Source: an uncultured virus (IMG/VR IMGVR_UViG_3300034200_002321) (Duplodnaviria > Heunggongvirae > Uroviricota > Caudoviricetes). Taken from it: 64,000 nucleotides of DNA. Where the stretch lies: IMG/VR virus record IMGVR_UViG_3300034200_002321. One strand, given 5' to 3'. Every line of letters begins with the position of its first letter. Within the stretch, counting starts at the first letter, position 1. The notes under the pieces are model-generated. The model was not told the DNA's origin. It ran no database searches and saw only the letters and a list, made by a program, of their open reading frames with translations. The translations under genes were made by a program, and so were the position numbers. This document shows, one piece after another, positions 18,142-27,945 of this stretch.

Positions 18142-19840
18142 CGCCCCACTCCCTGATTGCTCTTTGCTGCCATCTTATCACAGCTGGAACACCAAGAATA
18201 GCCATCGCATGGGCTCTTCTCACAGACGAGCTCGGCACCCCCCGGTCAAACTCGATCTGTCTTGAAGCGATCGTTCTGTTGACCGCGTGTGCCCCCTCGC
18301 CACAAGTCAAGATGTGTTGTACTTGCAGCACAGCACCGTCACATCGAAGGCCCAGTTGGGGTGTTGCATATGTGCAGTGCTGCCCCGCCTTTGGCGCCCA
18401 CAGTGACTGAGAGGCGTTGATCGCAGCCGTCGCTTTGGTGTCAAGAGACCCTTGGTTTGTGCTGACAGCCACCTGCGTCTGCGAAGCTGAATACTCAACT
18501 ACTGTCTTTTTCCTGTCTTCAAGCCGTATCGTGTGGTAGCCAACACCAGAAGCAGCCACCTCCTGCTGTGATTCAGCACACACAAGCGTGCCTGTGCTGA
18601 ACTGTCGCAACTCAAAGGTGCACTCTAAGTATAGCTCGGCAGGATACCACTTGCCTTCGTGTGTCAAAAAGATCGGTCGATTGAAGAACACCATGCCTTC
18701 CTCGCCGTCAAAGACGTGCGACCGTTTAACTCGATCTCCAACGGCCGTTGCGTCTGTGTTGGGTGGTGCAGCTGCGTTGTCGTCGTCCTCCTCTTTTGTG
18801 TATCGACCGTAAACCAAATATCGCCGGTACGACTCGTCTTCTCGGGTGTTATCTGCCGCAAGCAGATGGTTTTTTAGAGGCAACACCTGCCACCGTTGAT
18901 TGACCGTGCCGCTACCGTCGGGCATTGCCCAGGACGCTGGATTTGGGTCTGCTGGCGTGGCTGGAGATCCCGCCGCAAAACCCTTGATACGGTATGCTCG
19001 CCGAACATACCCATCTGCTTGCTCTTTGTCGTCGGCGTCAAGTATGCCCCCATCGGGTTGTACAGAGACGGGCGGTGTCAGCTCCCAGCCTTTAACTGGA
19101 TTTCCGTTGGCGTCAACGGCTCCGGTGTCAGGCGCGTAGCTTAGCTCGTTGATCGGCTTCCACGAGCCATCAGTCTCTCGACCGACTGCTTCGAGAAAAA
19201 ATCGGGCCTGCATCCAAGACGGTTCAAAAACAACCTTGGCCCATCGAGGGGGCACCGCCGGGTCAAACGCATCTGTGTACACAAACCGAAGAGTCGTCGG
19301 CAACGACAAACCAGTACCAAGTCTTACGACTTTGACTGGCTCAGTGCCAAACCCAAGTGTCAAAGAGTACCCGACAGAGTCCAACAACTGTCGAAGCTCA
19401 GTCAGCGGATCAGCGTTTTGCCAATGCACGGGGATGAAGTGGTCGTTTGGCAGCACGCTCACATTCGCCGAGGGTTCTCCGATTGCCGTCAAAAGCAAAG
19501 AAGCCATGTCGCGAAGTCCCAGAGGCCGGGACACACCTCCAGCTCTCGGAACATTGTAACTGCCGCTGACAGGTGCCGCTCGTGTCCACCACACTCGCCT
19601 GTCTTTCAGGACAATGTGGATCTGCCGGCCACCCCCGTCAAATCGAACAGAGCTGAGATCAATAAGACACTGAGGTAACGTAACTGACGTACCGTCCCAA
19701 GACATCGTCAGCGTACCCTGCGCCGGGAAGTTGGAATCCTGTGGAAGAGCCACCAGAGATGCCACGTCTGGGTCAAACCCGGTAGTCTGCGTATAGACGC
19801 AACTGACCGGTCGGAGGATTCCGGGGAAAGACCAAGGCAT
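18128..19840 (-). CDS. Putative tail hub/baseplate protein
   Basis: 570 aa; position and beta-rich N-terminus. Confidence 0.55.
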   Translation of the reverse strand: MPWSFPGILRPVSCVYTQTTGFDPDVASLVALPQDSNFPAQGTLTMSWDGTSVTLPQCLIDLSSVRFDGGGRQIHIVLKDRRVWWTRAAPVSGSYNVPRAGGVSRPLGLRDMASLLLTAIGEPSANVSVLPNDHFIPVHWQNADPLTELRQLLDSVGYSLTLGFGTEPVKVVRLGTGLSLPTTLRFVYTDAFDPAVPPRWAKVVFEPSWMQARFFLEAVGRETDGSWKPINELSYAPDTGAVDANGNPVKGWELTPPVSVQPDGGILDADDKEQADGYVRRAYRIKGFAAGSPATPADPNPASWAMPDGSGTVNQRWQVLPLKNHLLAADNTREDESYRRYLVYGRYTKEEDDDNAAAPPNTDATAVGDRVKRSHVFDGEEGMVFFNRPIFLTHEGKWYPAELYLECTFELRQFSTGTLVCAESQQEVAASGVGYHTIRLEDRKKTVVEYSASQTQVAVSTNQGSLDTKATAAINASQSLWAPKAGQHCTYATPQLGLRCDGAVLQVQHILTCGEGAHAVNRTIASRQIEFDRGVPSSSVRRAHAMAILGVPAVIRWQQRAIREWGDGAE

Positions 19841-19849
19841 GCCCTGCTC

Positions 19850-20608
19850 CTACACAATCGGTGGGATTGTAAACGAACTGAAGCCTTGTGCGGTGGTTGC
19901 CTCCATGACATACCGCCACTGCACACGATACATCTCATTTCCCTGCGGACTCAAATCCGCGGGTGCGTCGTACGTGATGACACGCATCTCTTCGTGTTCG
20001 ATTGATGGGTATAACGGTGACGGTATTGAGGGGTACGCTGTGCGACCAACGGCCTCGCCCTCTTGCAGGTACAGGAATGTGCTGGCGCTCTGTAGCTGCT
20101 GTCGCTGCGGCTCCCCGCTTTCCTGCGGAGAGTAGACCCACTTGGGGCCACCAGTGCCTTGAATCGACACCCGGTGCTTCCAGCTGTGCAACCCACTGCC
20201 TGTTCGCACTTCCGCGCGCAGAACAATCGCATACGTGCGCGCGTCGAGGTATTCGACCTGCTGGCCCCACGGCCCTTGGTCATACCGCGGAGGCATCAAC
20301 ACCTTCACGCCGCCGAATGTTGCCGCATTCGACAAGACGTGTCTTGTCGGAGTCGTACCGTCAGCCAGGTACAAACCAAAATCTTGGTAGTCGACAGCGT
20401 ACGCCTGTTCCATCGAAGCAAGAGCAGCAGTCAACGCCGCCTTGGTAGCCGTGTCGTTTGCACCTCTCGGGACGCGTTTGACTCCGAGAATCGTGTACTC
20501 ATACACAGTACCCATGCGCCGGCGCAAATCGTCGAAGATCGCCTGTGTGGAGATTCGCACGGCACACTCATCGACTGCGTGTGAATATGATCCGTACTTG
20601 AAGATCAC
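19850..20608 (-). CDS. Putative distal tail protein
   Basis: Position before the hub-like gene; GGGAGG RBS. Confidence 0.5.
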   Translation of the reverse strand: MIFKYGSYSHAVDECAVRISTQAIFDDLRRRMGTVYEYTILGVKRVPRGANDTATKAALTAALASMEQAYAVDYQDFGLYLADGTTPTRHVLSNAATFGGVKVLMPPRYDQGPWGQQVEYLDARTYAIVLRAEVRTGSGLHSWKHRVSIQGTGGPKWVYSPQESGEPQRQQLQSASTFLYLQEGEAVGRTAYPSIPSPLYPSIEHEEMRVITYDAPADLSPQGNEMYRVQWRYVMEATTAQGFSSFTIPPIV

Positions 20609-21474
20609 AGCACGTACCTCCCTTCAGGCTCGACAGGAAACCGTTTGGCTGTCGTGACAGCTGTCGGCTCGACAGGGGCCGTCGGCCGCAGCATCGGTAC
20701 GCTGTGTATCGTGAACGGCGGCAGCTGAACGCCGTCCATGATCCTCAGTCGATCGACTTTGGCGAACTCCCTGAGCACTGCGTTGACATCAGCACCTCTT
20801 GGAAAAACAAACTCTGCGTCGGCGGTGCGACCGGAAGACGTCTGCAGGTCGACAGGGTCTGCTGGGCGTGCGTGATTTTTTGGTTGCTGCAGAGGCACAG
20901 CAGACATCCCTACGACTGTCTCAAAAGGCAATTCAATCGCAGACTTTCCGCTACGGGTTGAGCCGCCTATCACCTCGGCAGGTATCCCCTCCACGATGCG
21001 ACTGGCATAGAAGTCCGCCGGCGAGGTCGACCGAGTCTGACCTAATGTTGGTTGGGCAGAGTCGCCCTCTCTCGCGAATGCTGCTCTCGCCTCTGCTGCC
21101 GGCGAGATGCTCTGCTGCGGCGGCAGTGGAGACACGTCGCCTCCACGAATGCTTTCCGCGTACGCAACAGTGGCGGCGGCACCGGCATCAACAGGGCGAA
21201 CAGCTGCAGATGCCTGCTCACCTACATTGAGAGACGGCAAGACTGCGTGCGCGGCGGATCCTGGTACTACTGGCTTTGTACTGAGGTGTGCTTGGCTGCT
21301 TTCAAAAGACTCAGGGTCCCGTACAACAGCCTCGGGAGTCGGTGCGGGCGGGGCTTGATCTGGGTCAGCCGATCGTATCAGACCCCACTGCTCCTGCAAA
21401 TGCTCTTGCGGAATCTCGGGCAGCGGGCCGGCTGTCTGCTGGAGCAAACGGATTAAATCGTCGATCACCGCCAT
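20605..21474 (-). CDS. Pro/Ala-rich hypothetical protein at the tape-measure position
   Basis: ~289-aa ORF; start uncertain, overlaps the upstream gene by ~110 nt. Confidence 0.55.
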   Translation of the reverse strand: MAVIDDLIRLLQQTAGPLPEIPQEHLQEQWGLIRSADPDQAPPAPTPEAVVRDPESFESSQAHLSTKPVVPGSAAHAVLPSLNVGEQASAAVRPVDAGAAATVAYAESIRGGDVSPLPPQQSISPAAEARAAFAREGDSAQPTLGQTRSTSPADFYASRIVEGIPAEVIGGSTRSGKSAIELPFETVVGMSAVPLQQPKNHARPADPVDLQTSSGRTADAEFVFPRGADVNAVLREFAKVDRLRIMDGVQLPPFTIHSVPMLRPTAPVEPTAVTTAKRFPVEPEGRYVL

Positions 21475-22093
21475 AATGCACAACCCAATTTATGGTCATC
21501 GAGTTTCTGGCAAACGTAGAACACCGCTGCAACAGCTTTGGTGTGTTGGCGCCGTACCGCCACCAATGCCGCCACGTCTTGGCAAACTGTTCGACCGATA
21601 ATCCGATAGGGTTGGCATACGATCCTTTGTCGCACCCCTGCCGGGTCTGGCATGGTACCGGAGTCCCTAGTGGCAGGTCAACCCGGTCACCACTTGCACT
21701 GTAGTACAGCTCGCCACTGCTGTGGTCAACAGAGTGCCTTCGACAGGTGTCACAGCTAAGCTCAGATAGGCGTGGCTTACTTATCTGCAGTCGAACAGTG
21801 TCAAACAGTCGACCCCACGCATCGGCTTCCTGCTCTCGCGTCTGTCGGAAGACAGAGAGCAGCAGATGGGATATCTGATGATCCTGTTCTTCTGGCAGAT
21901 TTGCCAAGTATCGATCAACCCGTTCAGCATCCAAACCGAACACGAACGGTGGCCGAAGTACTGATCGAAGGCAAGCTGCAGGGTTGGCTGTGACTTCCCG
22001 CAAAACACTCTGCTTGTCTGCGCACAGCATCGGCCTGTAGCAGCAGAAGCCGACGTCGACGGTGAAACCGTCATCGATCTCAGGAGGAATCAC
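21365..22093 (-). CDS. Putative tail assembly chaperone with Cys motifs
   Basis: GTGA overlap with the tail tube stop; CDTC..H and PC....C motifs. Confidence 0.5.
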   Translation of the reverse strand: MIPPEIDDGFTVDVGFCCYRPMLCADKQSVLREVTANPAACLRSVLRPPFVFGLDAERVDRYLANLPEEQDHQISHLLLSVFRQTREQEADAWGRLFDTVRLQISKPRLSELSCDTCRRHSVDHSSGELYYSASGDRVDLPLGTPVPCQTRQGCDKGSYANPIGLSVEQFAKTWRHWWRYGANTPKLLQRCSTFARNSMTINWVVHYGGDRRFNPFAPADSRPAARDSARAFAGAVGSDTIG

Positions 22094-22956
22094 GGCGATA
22101 CCACTCCGACGTTGAATACCGGAACCGTCGTCTGCCGAGCAGCTATCCACGTCTCAGGCAGTCGAATCTCCTCGGATGCGCCCTGAATGGGTGGTGCCTG
22201 TGGGTTGTTCACGGCTTTCGGCATGTTGATGGTGAAGGTGTCTGTACCGTTTGTGACGGCCAAAGACAACGCAGCACCAGCAGCACTGTCACGGTACGTC
22301 CAGTAGTGCCCTTTATTTGCCGCGGTATATGGGACTGAAAATGCCATCAGCACCTGTCGCGACCCCTGACCGATGTCACTGAAGGTGACGGCTCCGTTAA
22401 AGCTCGATACCAGGTTGCGACGCACAACCCAAACAAATCTGTCGAGGTCAAACGCGCCGGCCGCCAGAGTCGCAGTCACTCCTCCAGAAAACGGAAACAG
22501 TCTTTTCACCGTCCCGGCCGTGAAGACGTATGAGGAGTCTTCGACCTCGTCCTGAGCAACCCAAGTCGACTCTACCTGAACAGGCAGCGTGCCGATCTGC
22601 CCGCGAATCAGCAGCTGGTCAAGGTAGCATTTTTGGTATCGGTGAACGGCCCCTACCGCGTTGACTACGATCTCGACAAAACTCAGGCTTTGGTCGGCTG
22701 TGTAAGTGCCCGTTGCCAGCGTAGAACCGGCCAACGGCAGCAGCTGTTGAAGCAGCGGAATTGTCAGGTCGTGCACAAGCGAAAATCTGATGCGGCGAGC
22801 GCCCGTTCCCATTCGTTCAATGTTTGGATCAACATTGCCGCAAATGGCATCCGGGTTGACAACCCGGTCGACGTTTACGTCGGGCACCCACCGGGCGAAA
22901 CATTGTGTGCTGCCACCAATACTGACAGCAGCACTCACCCCAACGGACACTGGCAT
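22090..22956 (-). CDS. Putative major tail tube protein
   Basis: Size, beta-rich pattern, position after the terminator-like gene. Confidence 0.6.
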   Translation of the reverse strand: MPVSVGVSAAVSIGGSTQCFARWVPDVNVDRVVNPDAICGNVDPNIERMGTGARRIRFSLVHDLTIPLLQQLLPLAGSTLATGTYTADQSLSFVEIVVNAVGAVHRYQKCYLDQLLIRGQIGTLPVQVESTWVAQDEVEDSSYVFTAGTVKRLFPFSGGVTATLAAGAFDLDRFVWVVRRNLVSSFNGAVTFSDIGQGSRQVLMAFSVPYTAANKGHYWTYRDSAAGAALSLAVTNGTDTFTINMPKAVNNPQAPPIQGASEEIRLPETWIAARQTTVPVFNVGVVSP

Positions 22957-22967
22957 TTCTCACTCCC

Positions 22968-23501
22968 TCATCGGTTGTGCCGCACTATCACAAAAAACAC
23001 CAGCACACAGACCTGTTGGCTGTTTTCCAACAGGGGCCTCGCCTCGGCAGGGACTTTCTGCATGACTCCGCAGTAGTACGGATCATACACAGTCACATCT
23101 GAATCCTGCAAGAATGGGTTTGGCACAACGAGAATCGCCTTGCGAATCTCGTTGGCCCAAGCTTGGTATGTTACGAACTGCGCTGCTGGTGTGTGCGGTG
23201 TGTTGTCTATGATCTGCACCGCGACCTGCACTCGCTCGTCATGCTGCCTGTTTGTGCCTCCTCCAGTGTCGGAAACAGGCAGCAGCGTAACCCGAATGGC
23301 CGGCATGATGCAGTTCGCAAACCCAGCTGCTGTCCTGTTTGACGGGCTGCCTTCGGGCACTCTCCACACCTGCACAGCCTCGCTGCGCACGGACCGAATT
23401 GGCTCTCCGGCAACAGCCGTAAGCTGTCCCGCTGTCGCCAAGGCCTTGATCAAGGTGACAGTGCGATTCAGGATGTTGGCCTCTGGCGAAACTGCCATCA
23501 C
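22968..23501 (-). CDS. Putative tail terminator/neck protein
   Basis: Size, position, MPAIRV strand. Confidence 0.5.
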   Translation of the reverse strand: MMAVSPEANILNRTVTLIKALATAGQLTAVAGEPIRSVRSEAVQVWRVPEGSPSNRTAAGFANCIMPAIRVTLLPVSDTGGGTNRQHDERVQVAVQIIDNTPHTPAAQFVTYQAWANEIRKAILVVPNPFLQDSDVTVYDPYYCGVMQKVPAEARPLLENSQQVCVLVFFVIVRHNR

Positions 23502-24649
23502 GTCCTCCGCACGGTACCAAAGTCACCGAGACGATACCGCATCCACTCCCGCAGCTCCGGTCGCATTGAGGGGGCAAGCCTTGCGTCTGCGGTAAGTGCA
23601 TCAACAGTGGCCTGCTGGATTCTTCGCTGGGAAACCAACAGCTCTGATTGGTCGCCAACGGGTCTGGCGCCCATCTCAGACTCAATCAGCTTCTGCAACA
23701 ACACCGACATGGCGCCTTCTGCCACATCGATGTGAGACGACACGTTGTACGCAACGGCTGTCCTGCTCACCCCGGTTTCCCCGATCTCGACCGAAGTCGG
23801 GCTCAGATACGCCGTGATCAGGTACTCCGGTGATCTGTTAAACCGAACGTCTCCTGCCGAGATCTCGCCAAACGGTCCGGATGGCTGGCTGGCATCTTTG
23901 CTCAGTCGCAAGACACAACCAACCCACTCCTCTACTGCAACTGCGTTGGAGAACGTCACCACTCCGTTGCTGACAGACGCGGTTCCTGATTTTTCCAAAA
24001 CCACAAACCTCTCCGGCACACGCTGCTGGTACACATACCTCAACACCGATTCGTTGTTGACCTCTGTGGGGATCCACAGACACCACCGCCCCGGAAACCG
24101 CGGCGATGCAACAAGAGAATAGACGTTCGGAACTACCGGGCTCCAATTAAACCCGTCTTGGAGCCGCTGCGTTGTGAGCAGGTCGAGCCGACGCATCACC
24201 CAGTCGTTGCGGCTCTCGATGATCTGTGCAACATCACCAACCGTGTCTGACAGCGGATACAACACCTGTTGGGCCACGTACGACACGTTTGCGAGGTCGC
24301 TGGGCGGGTGCTGCCCCGACACCAATAGCAGCTGAGTGTCGCTTAGTCGCTTGTAAACTGGAAACCACGTCCCGTCGATTTTCACGTGCCACGCCTGCAT
24401 GTCCGCAGGCCACACAGCACCCTGCAGGGTTAGGGTGCGAGTGGACGCCGTGAAACTGACAGTACCCTCCGCCTGCTTGAGAGACAGGTTCAGTCCGCCT
24501 AGGCGAGCGAAGTAGTTCCACGCGTGCATGCTAAGCAGCCGAGACCACCCGTTGAGCACGGCAGTGTTTGCTTTTGCCTCCAAGGCACCAGCTAGCACGG
24601 TGTTCAACTGAGTCGCCAAGTGCGCAAGCATGTCTGCAAACGTGATCAT
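23498..24649 (-). CDS. Putative head-tail adaptor protein
   Basis: MITFADML...LNGWSRL...WNYF helical N-terminus typical of adaptors; downstream of portal. Confidence 0.6.
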   Translation of the reverse strand: MITFADMLAHLATQLNTVLAGALEAKANTAVLNGWSRLLSMHAWNYFARLGGLNLSLKQAEGTVSFTASTRTLTLQGAVWPADMQAWHVKIDGTWFPVYKRLSDTQLLLVSGQHPPSDLANVSYVAQQVLYPLSDTVGDVAQIIESRNDWVMRRLDLLTTQRLQDGFNWSPVVPNVYSLVASPRFPGRWCLWIPTEVNNESVLRYVYQQRVPERFVVLEKSGTASVSNGVVTFSNAVAVEEWVGCVLRLSKDASQPSGPFGEISAGDVRFNRSPEYLITAYLSPTSVEIGETGVSRTAVAYNVSSHIDVAEGAMSVLLQKLIESEMGARPVGDQSELLVSQRRIQQATVDALTADARLAPSMRPELREWMRYRLGDFGTVRRT

Positions 24650-24777
24650 TTAGGCACCTGTTGCGGCGTGGTTGTGGCTTCCAGCGTTTTCAGCAGCTGA
24701 AGCAGGTACTCAACCCCTTCCCCACTGCCGAGGGTTTCTCTCAGAGTTTTTTCAAGTGCTTGCATTTTTGCGGTCAT
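24646..24777 (-). CDS. Small 43-aa protein (MTAKMQALEK...QQVPK)
   Basis: Fills the gap exactly, with ATGA overlaps at both ends; not in the ORF track. Confidence 0.6.
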   Translation of the reverse strand: MTAKMQALEKTLRETLGSGEGVEYLLQLLKTLEATTTPQQVPK

Positions 24778-25466
24778 AAGCCTTCTCGTAACAAGGGGAT
24801 CTTGGACGCCGCCTTTTTAATCGACCCAAGCTTTCCTGGGTCGTCGATGACGGGGGCTTTCATCATCTGATCGGCTGTTACGTCAGGAGCTGCGTGGCGG
24901 TGTAGAATCTCCTCTCGAACGTCGCGAGGGTCAACCCCGTCGAACTCGCCAGTCTGAGCGTACACTTCTTGGATGTGCTGCATAGCGTACTCAGACATGC
25001 GGTCCTGCCGCACGACGGGTGCTTGCTGCTTGGGATGGATTTCCCAATCACCCTCTACCGTGCAGTTGCGGTCACGCATCGCCTGTTTCACAGAGTCCAA
25101 TGGGTGCTTGTGCGTCACTATAGCCGCGGGGTCTCCTGGGAACCTTGCAAGCCCTCGATACACAACAGCATCTGCTGGCAAGTCTTCGCCTGTCAGCCTA
25201 CGGTAGTTGTTGCGGTACAGGTTCAACATCGGCTCGCAGCCGCGAAACTGCTCTTGTACTGAAGGTGTGTTGGCGTGCAAAACGCGGTCGCAGATGCCGG
25301 CTGTCGGTGCTTTCCGCACAGCCAGCATCGCCGCAATGCGCACAGACTCACCACGCGAGATCATGCTGTTGAATGCTCGAACTGCGGGAGCACCAGCCCG
25401 CTGAACCGCAATCCACTGCATTTCATCCTGTGCGTTTTTGAATCGAGGGGGTTTGTTTGCGGACAT
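24774..25466 (-). CDS. Hypothetical protein
   Basis: ORF directly after portal; start uncertain. Confidence 0.65.
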   Translation of the reverse strand: MSANKPPRFKNAQDEMQWIAVQRAGAPAVRAFNSMISRGESVRIAAMLAVRKAPTAGICDRVLHANTPSVQEQFRGCEPMLNLYRNNYRRLTGEDLPADAVVYRGLARFPGDPAAIVTHKHPLDSVKQAMRDRNCTVEGDWEIHPKQQAPVVRQDRMSEYAMQHIQEVYAQTGEFDGVDPRDVREEILHRHAAPDVTADQMMKAPVIDDPGKLGSIKKAASKIPLLREGL

Positions 25467-27612
25467 CGTTGCGTTCCTGTTCAAAAATCAGCTGTTGCAG
25501 GTGTGCCTCGTCTGCCTGCTGCAACCTCTGCATGTGTTCGGTTTGCTGCCACTGCAGTCGTGCGGCCTGTGCCGGTGCCATACCCTGCTGTTTGTACTGA
25601 GTATCAACCAGTCTGCCAATAGCTCGGGCCTGCAAATCCTGGGCAGCGGCTTCGGCTTTCTGGATGTCTGCCTGTGTCTTTGCAGCCTCAAGTTGAGCCG
25701 CTTGCTGCTGCATCTGCAGCACGGCGGGGTCTGGCTGCGGCGGTTGCCACGGACCGATCAACAACGGCTCGATGTTGCGGATCTGCATCGCAGATGCGTA
25801 CAACTGCATAAACCCGTTGAGCGGGTCTGTGTTTCCCGTCTGTCCGGCGTACTGCTGAAGCACCGGCAGCCAGAACGGCGCGATCTTTTCGAGTTGTGCG
25901 ATGTCGCGGTCGCGGTCCGGACGTGCCATGTCTGTCGCTTCAACCGAGACGTCCACTTCTTGAATCATTCGGTCGAATGGCATGGACCGCACAAGCTGCT
26001 CCCAGCACATCGCGCCCCAATCGCCGAGCAATCCGGCAAGCTCTGGACCGGCCATGTACTGAGCAGACAGCCAGAGCTCTTTCTTGCCGATGTTTCTCAC
26101 CGCGGTTGCAACATCCTGTGCCATCTTCTCAGGGCGAACTTGACTTGCCTGCTGCCTCAGCGAGATGTCGGCAGTCACACGGGCCTGTCGCTGGCTGACA
26201 CCGTACGCCGTGTCATCAAGGCCTGTGGTCAGTTTGAACTGGTTGTCAAGATACTGGATCCACCCCAGCAGGTCACCCTGCACCTCAGGACGCCGGATAA
26301 ACTGCACGACTTGGTCAAGTGGCAAACCGGCGGCGCTGTTGACTTTGATGAAAGCTGGGTTCTGTTCGCTCTGAATGGCGGCCTGCACGTCCCCAACGAC
26401 GTGCTCAAGCGCTGCGATAATATCTCGGCGACGGTCCCACGACAGCTCCAGCATGGTGACCAACAACAGGTTCATCGCCAACAAAGCGCCAAGACCGGGC
26501 GTGAATGGAGCCATCGGCCACACCGTGTTCGAGATCGGGTAGAAATCGATCTGCTCGAAAGGCCATCGCCGGTCTTTCCACAGCTCAGAAACGGCCCCGA
26601 AGCGGCTTGTTCTCCACAACAAACAGCCTCGGATCATGTCTGCAGTTCCTTCCTTCACAACCGGTGGTGGCAGGTTGAGAGGGTGCGGCACGTTCATCGA
26701 CAGGGCCAAGTAGCAGTAGTCACCTGACAGCGCGTCTAACGCCTGCCCCAAGTCTGCACGAACGCCCGTTGTCCGGACACCAAGGCCGCACCGCGACCAC
26801 ACCTCATACCACTCCATCTGGTCTTCATAGACCTTTTGCTGCGCGGTGCTCTCCTGCAGCTTACGATACTCGGAACTGACACTTGTGCCCCGATCCGCGA
26901 GGTATCCTGGTGGGTACCCAAACCTGCGCTCCACCACGCTGATGGGCTCGACATGTCGGCGTGCACACCACCGCACGTCACGCAGCGTGGGGTCTTTGGC
27001 GTCCGGATCCAAAAACAGATTGTCTACCGTGTCGTGAAACGTGCCAACGCGTGGCTGCGAAGTAACTGGATCGGCAAACGTCTCCGTCCACAGTAATCCC
27101 CGACCAGTCACCAGCGCGTCCTGAATTGCCATCTGAATGTCTCGGACAACGCCGCCGGGGTGCTTTTCGACGATGTGTTCGAGGACTTTCTGGCACAGGT
27201 CCGCTCGCACTTGGTTGAGAGCTGCCTCCATCTGCTGTTGCTGCTGAATCTGCTCTAGGCTCGTTGAGTTGCTGACGCCCAGTGCTTGAGCGTACACCGT
27301 TTGATCTGGCTTAGAGCGAACCATGACCTGCCGAGAAGGGTGCCGCCAAAACAAACCGGGGCCTATGATCGCAACAAGGTCGGCAGCCCTGTTCAAGCTG
27401 ATTCGCATGGTTGGCTGCGCAAGGTCTGGGTAGAACTCGCTGCGAAACTCATCCTGCCACATCGCGTTCGGCGAGTTGCCCATGAAGTGCCGGCAGATTC
27501 GAGCTACTTTGTCAAACCGCTCACGAGACTTCTGTGCAGCCTGAAATCGTACGAACCACTGTGTGACCAGTGGCTGTAGCAGAAAGTTTTGAATGTCCTG
27601 CAAAGTGACCAT
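25423..27612 (-). CDS. Portal protein
   Basis: 729 aa after terminase; DALVTGRG, DNLFLDPDA, WYEVW motifs; Gln-rich coiled C-terminal barrel as in P22-like portals. Confidence 0.85.
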   Translation of the reverse strand: MVTLQDIQNFLLQPLVTQWFVRFQAAQKSRERFDKVARICRHFMGNSPNAMWQDEFRSEFYPDLAQPTMRISLNRAADLVAIIGPGLFWRHPSRQVMVRSKPDQTVYAQALGVSNSTSLEQIQQQQQMEAALNQVRADLCQKVLEHIVEKHPGGVVRDIQMAIQDALVTGRGLLWTETFADPVTSQPRVGTFHDTVDNLFLDPDAKDPTLRDVRWCARRHVEPISVVERRFGYPPGYLADRGTSVSSEYRKLQESTAQQKVYEDQMEWYEVWSRCGLGVRTTGVRADLGQALDALSGDYCYLALSMNVPHPLNLPPPVVKEGTADMIRGCLLWRTSRFGAVSELWKDRRWPFEQIDFYPISNTVWPMAPFTPGLGALLAMNLLLVTMLELSWDRRRDIIAALEHVVGDVQAAIQSEQNPAFIKVNSAAGLPLDQVVQFIRRPEVQGDLLGWIQYLDNQFKLTTGLDDTAYGVSQRQARVTADISLRQQASQVRPEKMAQDVATAVRNIGKKELWLSAQYMAGPELAGLLGDWGAMCWEQLVRSMPFDRMIQEVDVSVEATDMARPDRDRDIAQLEKIAPFWLPVLQQYAGQTGNTDPLNGFMQLYASAMQIRNIEPLLIGPWQPPQPDPAVLQMQQQAAQLEAAKTQADIQKAEAAAQDLQARAIGRLVDTQYKQQGMAPAQAARLQWQQTEHMQRLQQADEAHLQQLIFEQERNDVRKQTPSIQKRTG

Positions 27613-27622
27613 GGCTGTCTAC

Positions 27623-27937
27623 TCAGTCACGAAGGTTCATGAATTTGTACACACCGCGAGGCGCCCAGCAGCCCTTCTGTCGCACAAAATCGTTTGTCTG
27701 CAAAGCAGGGTCGCCGTACAACCGGCAACCTGCATACCGGGTCATACGAGCGGATTGGTCGTGCCCGCTGAAAACGATCAGGTCGACCAAACCGTCCTCG
27801 CCAATCGCAGTCACCGTCGCGACCTGCATTGGCTCTGTGACAACGGCGTTGGGCCACCAAAACACAGAGTCGCCCAAGGCAACTTGGAGTTTTTTCCCTT
27901 CAACAACTACCTCGCGGTACAGATCACCAAGCTTCAT
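27623..27937 (-). CDS. Small SH3-like hypothetical protein
   Basis: LGDSVFW...ATVTAI...VDLIVF; AAGG RBS. Confidence 0.65.
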   Translation of the reverse strand: MKLGDLYREVVVEGKKLQVALGDSVFWWPNAVVTEPMQVATVTAIGEDGLVDLIVFSGHDQSARMTRYAGCRLYGDPALQTNDFVRQKGCWAPRGVYKFMNLRD

Positions 27938-27945
27938 GGTACACC

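Noticed and set aside
21365..21500. Programmed -1 frameshift of the tail assembly chaperone
   Set aside because: The overlapping downstream ORF is in the +1 frame and I see no XXXYYYZ slippery heptamer in the open overlap.
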